Shown: one piece after another, positions 49,509 through 57,342 of the stretch
How the letters are laid out: each line of letters begins with the position of its first letter
Numbering within the stretch: the first letter of the stretch is position 1
Source: Candidatus Woesebacteria bacterium
Lineage (GTDB): Bacteria > Patescibacteriota > Microgenomatia > UBA1400 > UBA1396
Direction: 5' to 3'
Length of the DNA stretch: 64,000 nt
NCBI GenBank assembly: GCA_963749595.1
Contig: CAVVNJ010000008.1
Coordinates: 107,241-171,240 of the forward strand
The notes under the pieces: model-generated
What the model was told of the DNA's origin: nothing
What the model saw: only the letters and a program-made list of their open reading frames with translations
The model's database searches: none
Made by a program: the position numbers and the translations under genes

Positions 49509-50491
49509 GTTCCCTGATTCTCGCTGGCAAAAAACTCGCGAATGATCGCCTCAATCGGTGGTTCCTCTATACTCACGTCGGCAATCGAAAACTTTGTTAG
49601 CAGCTGGGCGGCAAACTTGGCAGCTTCAATCCTTGGCACTTTAAAACTGGCGCGGGGAAAATCAAAGCTGTCCAATTTGCCGATCTTTTCCAAAGACGCC
49701 CGACTGGTTTCTTCGGCCAATTCCACCGTCACCAGTTTGTTGCGGGCATAGCGCTGGATCAGGGAGTTAAAGCTGCCGTCAAAAATAATTCGTCCGTGGT
49801 TAATGACGACTAGTCGCGAGCAAAGCTCTCGAACGTCACCCATATAGTGGCTGGTGAGAATAATCGTGGCCTGGTGTTGTTGGTTATAATCACGGACAAA
49901 TTCCCGCACGTTTTGTTGGGCGACCACATCCAGGCCGATGCTGGGCTCGTCTAGAAAAAGCACTTCCGGTTCGTGGAGCAGAGCGGCGACTAACTCCATT
50001 TTCATCCGCTGTCCCAATGAAAGCTTGCGTACCGGAGTTGTCAGTAGATCTTCGACGTTTAATAAACCGGTTAATTCTTTCAACTTGAGTTTAAATTTCT
50101 TTTCTGGAATTTCGTAAATGGCCTGATTGAGCAAAAAAGAGTCCATGGCCGGCAGGTCAAAAATGAGCTGGTTTTTTTGTCCCATGACCAGAGCAATTTT
50201 TTTCAAAAAATCTGGTCGGCGATCAAAAGGTTGGAAGCCGAGGACGTCGATTTGCCCAGCGGAGGGATAGAGCAGACCGGACAACATTTTTAACGTGGTG
50301 GTCTTGCCAGCGCCGTTAGGACCAATAAAGCCAACCAACTCACCAGGTTCGATTTTAAAAGATATTTCGTCAACGGCGTGTACCAGTTTGTGCTGAGGCT
50401 GGAAAAAAGTTTTCACCGCGCCAGAAAGACCCGGCTGTTTTTGGTTGACCTTGAAAGTGCGGCTGAGTTGATCAACGGAAATTATCGGCAT
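49505..50491 (-). CDS. ABC transporter ATP-binding protein
   Basis: Walker A GPNGAGKTT, signature LSLGQRMKM, Walker B LFLDEPSIGLD, H-loop; 328 aa with a C-terminal extension. Confidence 0.85.
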   Translation of the reverse strand: MPIISVDQLSRTFKVNQKQPGLSGAVKTFFQPQHKLVHAVDEISFKIEPGELVGFIGPNGAGKTTTLKMLSGLLYPSAGQIDVLGFQPFDRRPDFLKKIALVMGQKNQLIFDLPAMDSFLLNQAIYEIPEKKFKLKLKELTGLLNVEDLLTTPVRKLSLGQRMKMELVAALLHEPEVLFLDEPSIGLDVVAQQNVREFVRDYNQQHQATIILTSHYMGDVRELCSRLVVINHGRIIFDGSFNSLIQRYARNKLVTVELAEETSRASLEKIGKLDSFDFPRASFKVPRIEAAKFAAQLLTKFSIADVSIEEPPIEAIIREFFASENQGT

Positions 50492-50558
50492 ACCGGATTA
50501 TCGTACCACCGAAAAACTTCCGTATCGACAGCGGCAAGGGATATGGTTTAATGTGTTT

Positions 50559-51305
50559 ATGTCACAAAAACATTCTTCTCCCGAACGATCCCGCTATAAT
50601 TTTACGCAAAAAGTTGCTTTCGGCGCTTCTTTTCTTGGTGTTATCACTGGATTGGCGGCGGGAAGTGTTTCAGCTGAAGCTCCGCGCCAAGAGAGTTGGC
50701 CGCTGCGACCACAATTCGCCGAGGATTTGGGAGGAGCGATCGCCAGCGTGACCGGAATAGAGGATTTTGATCTCGATTTATCCTTGGAACCTTTACCGCC
50801 TCCCGGATCTTCCCGGGCTTATGTTAGCCAACTTTCCGAGGCGCAAAGCGAGGCTCTGAAGAATGGGAACGTGACGTCGCTGGAATTTGCGGAAAATTTA
50901 TTTGCCCAAATTAACGGCGACCGACCGACGGTAACTTTCGGACCCCTGAAGCTCAACGAGGCGATGACTATGTTAAATACGGAACTCGATGTGATTGGGG
51001 AATTGGCCTTAATCAAAGTGGTGGACACTGATCAGGCGATGGTGGTCGAGCGGTCTTCTGTGACTGAGGTAGGCCGTCCTCCTTTTACCGATGCCGGCTT
51101 GTTTGATCTTGATTCTGCCGAAACCAGCACCGATGGCTTTGATGTGGCGGCTTATCCGGATAACACAATCTTTGCAGTTCCGAATTATGGTTCCCAAGAA
51201 CCAGACACAGCGAGAATCTTGCTTGGCCGTCAGGATTTTGAATCCGAGGTCACGATTACGATGGTCGACTCACATGCGGTGCAAAGCCCGCCTAAAACGA
51301 GATAG
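50559..51305 (+). CDS. secreted hypothetical protein
   Basis: Signal peptide ...VAFGASFLGVITGLAAGSVSAEA; acidic, Pro-containing. Start chosen at the ATG at 50559 (the track lists 50553). Confidence 0.4.
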   Translation: MSQKHSSPERSRYNFTQKVAFGASFLGVITGLAAGSVSAEAPRQESWPLRPQFAEDLGGAIASVTGIEDFDLDLSLEPLPPPGSSRAYVSQLSEAQSEALKNGNVTSLEFAENLFAQINGDRPTVTFGPLKLNEAMTMLNTELDVIGELALIKVVDTDQAMVVERSSVTEVGRPPFTDAGLFDLDSAETSTDGFDVAAYPDNTIFAVPNYGSQEPDTARILLGRQDFESEVTITMVDSHAVQSPPKTR

Positions 51306-51358
51306 TTTCCGACTGGAAGCTAATTGAATATTTTTTTTTGGCGCGCTAGCATGGACCT

Positions 51359-52114
51359 ATGGAAAATTCATCATCGGTCTTGATCTCAGTTTTGCGAGGT
51401 CTGCTGTTCATCGTCATCTTATTGGCCGCGGCTTTCTTTTTCCCTTGGAGGAATATTAACTGGGGTCGGGTGGAGCTATCACCCCCACGGCTGATCACCG
51501 TCACCGGTGAAGCCTCCGAGCGGCAGCAAAATCAAGTCGCCCAGTATACCGCCGGTGTTTCGGCCGTCAACGATAACAAAGATAAGGCGGTGGCTGAAGT
51601 CAATCAAGCCATGAGTAAATTAGTTACTCAAATAAAGGAATTTAGCATCGAGGACAAGGATATTCAGACTCAAAACCTGAGTATTTATCAAGGTGAGGAG
51701 ACTTTTTACGCCGAGGGGCAGCCCAAACAGCGACCGGGACAGTGGCGGGTTAATAACTCAGTGACTATTACTTTACGAGACATTAATCGCGCCGAAGCGC
51801 TTACTAAATTACTTTCCGATAGCGGGGCAAACAATGTCTATGGTCCCAACTTTACTATTGATTCCGAGAAGCGGCCGCAGGACGAGTTGCTCGCTCAAGC
51901 GATCGCTGACGCCAGGAAAAAGGCTGAAGTAATGGCGGCAGCCAGCGGGTCCGGTTTAGGAAAGATCGTTAGCGTTTCGGAAGGTATAGCACCAGGGTAC
52001 GTTGGGCCGATATTTTCCGCGCGCTTAGATGGCGCTGGCGGTGGAGCGAGTCCGGTTGAGCCAGGAAGCTCGTTGGTCACCAAAACGGTGATCGTTACGT
52101 TTGCCCTAGATTAA
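51359..52114 (+). CDS. SIMPL/DUF541 domain protein
   Basis: N-terminal TM/signal, C-terminal ...VEPGSSLVTKTVIVTFALD typical of SIMPL (26-kDa periplasmic immunogenic protein) domains. Confidence 0.65.
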   Translation: MENSSSVLISVLRGLLFIVILLAAAFFFPWRNINWGRVELSPPRLITVTGEASERQQNQVAQYTAGVSAVNDNKDKAVAEVNQAMSKLVTQIKEFSIEDKDIQTQNLSIYQGEETFYAEGQPKQRPGQWRVNNSVTITLRDINRAEALTKLLSDSGANNVYGPNFTIDSEKRPQDELLAQAIADARKKAEVMAAASGSGLGKIVSVSEGIAPGYVGPIFSARLDGAGGGASPVEPGSSLVTKTVIVTFALD

Positions 52115-52115
52115 A

Positions 52116-52511
52116 TTATTCCGGTTGAGCCGGTACCGGGACGTGCTGTTTTACCTTATCGACCATTTCTTGAATGGAAATATTGGTTTTTACCAGATAA
52201 TCGATGACGCCAAACTCTCTCACCCGCTCAATATCGTCTTCCTGACCGAGGTTAGAGAAAACAATAACTTTAAGGTCTTTTTGCAGGGGCAGGGCGCGAA
52301 TGTCTTTGAGCGTTTCAAATCCGTCCTTGACCGGCATAATTAAATCGAGCAACAACAACTCCGGTTGATTGCTTTCCAGAAGCTTTAGGGTCTCAGCACC
52401 ATCTTTGGCGATGAGAACGCGATAGCCTTCTCGTTCCAGTTTGGTCTGATAAATTGAAGCATAAAACTTGTCATCCTCAGCGACCAGAATGAGAGGGAGA
52501 TTGTCGGCCAT
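52116..52511 (-). CDS. stand-alone response-regulator receiver domain (CheY-like)
   Basis: LILVAEDD...LLLLDLIMPVKDG...VIVFSNLG...DYLVK: full receiver signature, no output domain. Confidence 0.8.
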   Translation of the reverse strand: MADNLPLILVAEDDKFYASIYQTKLEREGYRVLIAKDGAETLKLLESNQPELLLLDLIMPVKDGFETLKDIRALPLQKDLKVIVFSNLGQEDDIERVREFGVIDYLVKTNISIQEMVDKVKQHVPVPAQPE

Positions 52512-52513
52512 AA

Positions 52514-54814
52514 TTATTCTTTCCTTTCTTCAGTTTCCCTCGCACCAACGGGAAGGTCAACATGGAACTTGGTGCCCTTGCCTTCCTTGCTCTCAAACCA
52601 AATCGTACCACCCCATTTTTCTACATATGACTTGACGACAAAAAGACCCAGACCAGAGCCCTCGGTTTCACTCTGGACGGCGTTGGCCGCCCGGAAGAAT
52701 TTTTGAAAAACCCGACTTTGGTCGGTTTCAGGAATGCCAATTCCTTGATCAGAAACGGTGAGGCGGAGTTTATCGCCCATTGGCTCGAGCAAGATACCGA
52801 CTTGGCCGCCAGCGTTGCTATATTTGATGGCATTGGAAAGTAAGTTTTCCACGATCTCATGAAAGCGGTCTGGATCAAACCAAACTTCTGGAACGTTTTG
52901 CGGAGGCGCGAACTGAAGTTGAACTTGGCTTTTTTCGGCCAACTGCCGCATGTCGTTGATCGCGCCTTGAATAATCTGCGCCGGTTGAATCATTTGCGAC
53001 TTTTCCGGCACACGACCCTGATCAATCCGGGAAACATTGAGTAAGTCATTTACCAGACTGATCATGCGCTTATTGTTGTCGTAAACCTGCTGCAGCGATT
53101 GTTTCAGTTCCGGACTCAGGGATTGTTCCTGAAGTAGTAGCTCCATCAACCAACGCATGCTGCCAAGGGGCGTCCGCAGCTGATGGGAAGCTACGGAAAT
53201 AAACTCGTCCTTATTTTTCTCAAGGACCCGCTCTTTCGTGTTGTCTCGGATTACGACCACGGCCCCTAGGATTTTGCCTTTTTCGTCACGGAAAGGAGCG
53301 GCCAGATCAGAAATGGGTATTTCCAAACCGTCACGACTGATTAAGAGGCTATGGGTTGCCAGTGAGCGCGGTTCTCCAGCTTGGATGGCCTCCTGAACAA
53401 AATCTGGGTAGGACGCGCGGGGATCTTGCTCGGTCGTAAGCTGAAATATCTGCGCGTAATGTTTGCCCAGAGACTCTTCACTCTTGTAGCCGGTCATTTG
53501 CGCGGCGGCCTGATTGAAAAGAATGATTTGACCCTCCAGGTTGACCGCAAAGACCGCGTCACCGATAGCGGAAATTATTGTATCCAGCTTTGATTTTTCT
53601 TCTTCAACTTTGGTTTTTTCGTTAGCCAATTCGACCGTGCGGGCCCGGAGGCTTTCTTCGCTTTGTTTTCGATCGCTAATATCAACAAAAACCACCGCGA
53701 AGCTATTTTCCGAATGCTTGGTGGCATGAACTTCAAACCACCGATTGAGCTCTCGAACTTGACTCTCCAGTTCTGCCGGCTGACCGGTTTTGACTACCTG
53801 GGCGTAAGTATCGATCCAAAATTGTTCGATCCCCGGAATGACTTCCCGCACCGTGTGACCGACAACTTTGGAACGGGGTAAGCCAGTTTGTTGTTCCCAG
53901 GCAGGGTTAACCTCCAGATAGCGAAAATCAATTGGCTTGCCTTCAGGATCGTAGATCATCTCGCAAAGAGCAAATCCCTCGTCCATATTCTCAAAAAGAG
54001 AGCGGAATTTTTTTTCACTGGCCTGAATCTGTTCCTCAGATTCGCGTCGTTTGGTAATGTCGCGAAAGTTGATGATCACGCCTCGAACTGCCGGATTATT
54101 CAATAAATTGATGGCGCCCGCCTCGGTCCAATACCAACCCCCGCTCTTTAACTTCGATCGGTAAATCGCTGTGATCACCGCTCCTTCTCTTGTCATGATT
54201 TGATTCATTTTTTTTTGGGTTTCGGATAAATCATCCGGATGAATAAATTCAAAACAGTTATGTCCTTCGATTTCTCCCGGTTTAAATCCGGAGATCCGTT
54301 CCACCGATGGGCTGGCGTAGAGAATGATGCCTTTTTCGTCGATTACGACCACCGAGTCAAAGCTATGTTCCAATAAGGCCCGAAGTCTTTGCTCACTGGC
54401 TTGGATCGTGGACTCGTAATACTTGATACGGCGGTCAACTTCCTCTTCAATTTTCTGGCGAGTCCCGGTAATCTTTTTTTCGGCTTTCTGCTTCAAGATG
54501 GCGATAAAGAACAAGATTGAAAGAAGAGATCCAGTCAGGGGAATAACTAACCAGAGAAAAGAATTATTACTGAGCGATACGAATCCCTGATCTAGTAAAA
54601 AATAGATTGAGTAGAGAATGGTAATGGTGCTGGTCGAAATTCCGGCTAATATCCCTCCGATGGAGGTGCCAAAGACAACCACAGCGATCAGCAAGAACGG
54701 CCAAAATTCCGATGGGTAAAACATGGCAATAAACTCGATACTAATGATGCCGATAATCGTTGCCGCCATGGCGGACATAAAGCCAAGAATCGCCGATCGA
54801 TGGGTTAATTCCAT
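52514..54814 (-). CDS. multi-PAS sensor histidine kinase
   Basis: N-terminal TM helices, three PAS-like modules, HisKA (SHQLRTPLGSMRW), HATPase_c (DQGIGIP...GSGLGLFVVKSYVEKWGGTIWFES). Co-oriented with the downstream receiver gene. Confidence 0.85.
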   Translation of the reverse strand: MELTHRSAILGFMSAMAATIIGIISIEFIAMFYPSEFWPFLLIAVVVFGTSIGGILAGISTSTITILYSIYFLLDQGFVSLSNNSFLWLVIPLTGSLLSILFFIAILKQKAEKKITGTRQKIEEEVDRRIKYYESTIQASEQRLRALLEHSFDSVVVIDEKGIILYASPSVERISGFKPGEIEGHNCFEFIHPDDLSETQKKMNQIMTREGAVITAIYRSKLKSGGWYWTEAGAINLLNNPAVRGVIINFRDITKRRESEEQIQASEKKFRSLFENMDEGFALCEMIYDPEGKPIDFRYLEVNPAWEQQTGLPRSKVVGHTVREVIPGIEQFWIDTYAQVVKTGQPAELESQVRELNRWFEVHATKHSENSFAVVFVDISDRKQSEESLRARTVELANEKTKVEEEKSKLDTIISAIGDAVFAVNLEGQIILFNQAAAQMTGYKSEESLGKHYAQIFQLTTEQDPRASYPDFVQEAIQAGEPRSLATHSLLISRDGLEIPISDLAAPFRDEKGKILGAVVVIRDNTKERVLEKNKDEFISVASHQLRTPLGSMRWLMELLLQEQSLSPELKQSLQQVYDNNKRMISLVNDLLNVSRIDQGRVPEKSQMIQPAQIIQGAINDMRQLAEKSQVQLQFAPPQNVPEVWFDPDRFHEIVENLLSNAIKYSNAGGQVGILLEPMGDKLRLTVSDQGIGIPETDQSRVFQKFFRAANAVQSETEGSGLGLFVVKSYVEKWGGTIWFESKEGKGTKFHVDLPVGARETEERKE

Positions 54815-54867
54815 TTCGTTTCAGCATAACATTCTTCACGTTCTGAACCAACTCATGCCAAAGCTGA

Positions 54868-55071
54868 TTACGGCTGAAATTCCAGTATGTCTCCGGGTTG
54901 ACAATCTAAAGCTCGGCAAATAGCTTCCAAGGTTGACAGGCGAATCGCTTTGGCTTTTCCATTCTTGAGAATTGAGAGATTGGCCAGAGTAATACCGACT
55001 TTCTCAGCAAGTTCGGTAACGCTCATTTTTCGCTTCGCCAGCATCACATCGATATTAATTATGATGGCCAT
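54868..55071 (-). CDS. XRE/Cro-family HTH transcriptional regulator (YozG-like)
   Basis: 67 aa: MLAKRKMSVTELAEKVGITLANLSILKNGKAKAIRLSTLEAICRALDCQPGDIL. Confidence 0.7.
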   Translation of the reverse strand: MAIIINIDVMLAKRKMSVTELAEKVGITLANLSILKNGKAKAIRLSTLEAICRALDCQPGDILEFQP

Positions 55072-55080
55072 AATTACACC

Positions 55081-55557
55081 TTAGACGGTCAAATCATTTT
55101 CCGATTTTAGATCAACCGCATTTTGGAGAAGCTTCTGAAAGACACCGGCGGCCGTGGCAATCACGCCGAAAATTAAGGCCAGAACCATACCCAGCATGGT
55201 CGGACCGGCCGGATCATCGCCCTGGGCAAAGAAACGGATGTAAAACACTGCCAAGGCAATAAAGCCGATCAGGCTGATAGAAGCAAATTTCATCTGCTTG
55301 AGAGTATTGACCGCGCCTTGAGAAAAAGCTTTATTGACCTCAATAAGGTTTAGCAGTTTTAATGCCTGGAATAGCCCAACAAAAAAGGGGATTGAAGCAA
55401 TATAAAGGTAGATAATCAATGGATCGGAATAAATGCTGATTAGATCCAAGTTGGCCGCTCGGCCCTCAGTTTGTGGGAACCGGATCATGACAGCCAGAGT
55501 CACAATGGCAATGATGGCAATTACTATCTTAAGGAACAATGTCGAGCCGCGTTTCAT
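55081..55557 (-). CDS. DUF2975-like membrane protein (partner of the YozG-type regulator)
   Basis: 158 aa, 4 TM helices, conserved position upstream of an XRE regulator in the same operon. Confidence 0.55.
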   Translation of the reverse strand: MKRGSTLFLKIVIAIIAIVTLAVMIRFPQTEGRAANLDLISIYSDPLIIYLYIASIPFFVGLFQALKLLNLIEVNKAFSQGAVNTLKQMKFASISLIGFIALAVFYIRFFAQGDDPAGPTMLGMVLALIFGVIATAAGVFQKLLQNAVDLKSENDLTV

Positions 55558-55617
55558 AGCACCCGATTCTACTTTATCATTTATCGTTTGTCAATATATT
55601 ATTATCGTTATATTTAG

Positions 55618-55688
55618 TTGCCGGGCTAGGATTCGAACCTAGAATAAAGGCTTCAAAGGCCTCTGTGATGCCATTTCACTACCCGGCA
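55618..55688 (-). tRNA. tRNA-Gln (anticodon TTG)
   Basis: Reverse complement folds with U1:A72 acceptor (TGCCGGG/CCCGGCA), D-stem GTGA/TCAC, anticodon stem GAGGC/GCCTT with loop CTTTGAA, T-arm CTAGG-TTCGAAT-CCTAG. Confidence 0.75.
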
Positions 55689-55695
55689 TTAGTAG

Positions 55696-55727
55696 CAGGG
55701 TCTGACCCTGGCCAGGGTCAGACCCTG
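55696..55727. repeat. perfect 32-nt palindrome CAGGGTCTGACCCTGG|CCAGGGTCAGACCCTG (inverted pair of the GGGTC-N-GACCC motif)
   Basis: Seen directly between the divergently oriented tRNA-Gln and tRNA-Thr(CGT). The same core occurs twice at 26411-26456. Confidence 0.45.
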
Positions 55728-55786
55728 GAACGTGTTTCAAGCGCCGGAGTTATTTTACCATCTCTTGGTATAATATGAAGCTCATT

Positions 55787-55859
55787 GCCGACATAGCTCA
55801 GTTGGTAGAGCGGCGGTATCGTAAACCGCAGGTCGTGGGTCCGATCCCCACTGTCGGCT
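55787..55859 (+). tRNA. tRNA-Thr (anticodon CGT)
   Basis: Acceptor GCCGACA/TGTCGGC, D-arm GCTC-AGTTGGTA-GAGC, anticodon stem GCGGT/ACCGC with loop ATCGTAA, T-stem GTGGG/CCCAC with loop TCCGATC (C55), discriminator U. Extended -10 TGGTATAAT at 55766-55774. Confidence 0.8.
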
Positions 55860-55861
55860 CG

Positions 55862-56134
55862 GTGAAAGTCACAGATTTCCGCGGCGCCGAGTTTTATCTT
55901 CTCAATCAGGGAGAGGAATTAACTGGGGCGGAGCGACGTTTGGTCAATCAAGAAATCGATGAGTTTATTCAGGACCATTTGGCGTGCACTGGGACGGAGC
56001 CGCTTGCTCTTTATGGAACCCTGATTTTATTCGCACCACGATTAGAACAGTATGGCTTTCGCCTGCCGCGCGTGGAAATTTGGGAGAAAGAGGCGGCGAA
56101 AGTATCTAGGGTTTTTTGGAACACAATCGATTAA
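55862..56134 (+). CDS. hypothetical protein (start uncertain)
   Basis: The track ORF 55775..56134 begins inside tRNA-Thr. After the tRNA the only plausible start is the GTG at 55862; there is no internal ATG. Low coding confidence. Confidence 0.25.
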   Translation: MKVTDFRGAEFYLLNQGEELTGAERRLVNQEIDEFIQDHLACTGTEPLALYGTLILFAPRLEQYGFRLPRVEIWEKEAAKVSRVFWNTID

Positions 56135-56161
56135 AAAGGTCAAAAGAAAAGTAATAAGTTT

Positions 56162-56539
56162 ATGTCTCCTCGAACCAAGGACGAAATCTATGCCGCTTTT
56201 GAGCAACAACCTCCCCAATGGGATCTGAAGTCATATGCCGGCTGCTGTCAGTATCTTCGTTTTCTTCGCGATGAATCCTGCGATGTAATCCCCCAGCACA
56301 TCATCCATTCCGATGAGGATCCATACCTCAGCAAGGCCAGAAAAACCTGGTGGCGAGGTTTCTTGACGGTAATTTATCTCATGCTTGAGCAGTCGTTAAT
56401 TCCCCCGGAGAAAAGGTTCTCTGTTCAGGCCTTCTATGACACTTATGAAACTGTGGATTTTCTCCATGGCAAAAACCCTACCAGGTCAGCAGACATCGAC
56501 GCGGCCAATGCAATACTCAACTTTTTAATTGGCGATTAG
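56162..56539 (+). CDS. hypothetical protein
   Basis: 125-aa ORF, no motif. Confidence 0.3.
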   Translation: MSPRTKDEIYAAFEQQPPQWDLKSYAGCCQYLRFLRDESCDVIPQHIIHSDEDPYLSKARKTWWRGFLTVIYLMLEQSLIPPEKRFSVQAFYDTYETVDFLHGKNPTRSADIDAANAILNFLIGD

Positions 56540-56541
56540 AC

Positions 56542-57078
56542 TTACTCGGATTTCAGAACAGCCTCAGCGGCGGAATTATCGCCCTTGCTTGGACCAACTT
56601 GTGTGACATCGGCTTTTCCGGCAGCAACGGAATATTTGGCGGGTTCTGCCGCTCGGGCAGCGCCCCGAACCGCGACTTTCGGAATAGTGAGCGTAGCGCC
56701 CTCGACTATTTCCTGATCATGGGTCAGATTATTCTCTTTTTCGATATCGACATAATTGAAACCGGAACCATAGAAAGCTTGAGCGATCTTCCAGGTGGAG
56801 TCACCGGCTTTAACGGTATATTTGGCGGGAAGTCCAACGGGCACGTCCTGACCGTCGCCGTTCTTTTCCAGTTTGACTGATTCGGGAAGCTCTTGCGTCA
56901 GAATTGGCTCGGCGGTTTGCTCGGCTTTTGGCTGATTGGTGGTATTTTTGCCCTTACGCCAATCACGGACGTAAGAAAAGAGCAGGGCGCCGATAACCAC
57001 GACGACCATCGCTCCTAAAATCATTGATATAAGTGATTCACTGTCGTTGGCGACCGTGACGATTGGCTTTTTAGCCAT
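56542..57078 (-). CDS. LysM-domain membrane-anchored protein
   Basis: N-terminal TM anchor (ISMILGAMVVVVIGALLF), LysM (YTVKAGDSTWKIAQAFYGSGFNYVDIEKENNL...TIP) and a second partial LysM-like segment. Confidence 0.6.
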   Translation of the reverse strand: MAKKPIVTVANDSESLISMILGAMVVVVIGALLFSYVRDWRKGKNTTNQPKAEQTAEPILTQELPESVKLEKNGDGQDVPVGLPAKYTVKAGDSTWKIAQAFYGSGFNYVDIEKENNLTHDQEIVEGATLTIPKVAVRGAARAAEPAKYSVAAGKADVTQVGPSKGDNSAAEAVLKSE

Positions 57079-57222
57079 ATGTCTCTCCTTTGGGCAGGCG
57101 ATCCAGACGGCTTTCTCTGGTTTAAAATAACCCTATAGGAAAATTTTGCCACTGACAAGAGGGAATCGCGCCCTGGAGGCTTGCCCGGAGCGAAAAAAAC
57201 CGTATAATACAACCCATCACCT

Positions 57223-57296
57223 GGTCGCGTGGTGTAGCTGGTTAACACACCTCTCTGTCACAGAGGAGACCGCCGGTTCGAATCCGGTCGCGACCG
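57223..57296 (+). tRNA. tRNA-Asp (anticodon GTC)
   Basis: Acceptor GGTCGCG/CGCGACC, D-stem GTGT/ACAC, anticodon stem CCTCT/AGAGG with loop CTGTCAC, T-arm GCCGG-TTCGAAT-CCGGT, discriminator G. TATAAT at 57203-57208. Confidence 0.8.
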
Positions 57297-57342
57297 CTTC
57301 CTCATCATTGCAACTCATTCTCCGATTGGGCAGAATAGAGCT

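Noticed and set aside
55775-55861. N-terminal 29 codons of track ORF 55775..56134 (MKLIADIAQLVERRYRKPQVVGPIPTVGS)
   Set aside because: This stretch is the translation of tRNA-Thr(CGT) (GCCGACATAGCTCAGTTGGTAGAGCGG...), not protein-coding.
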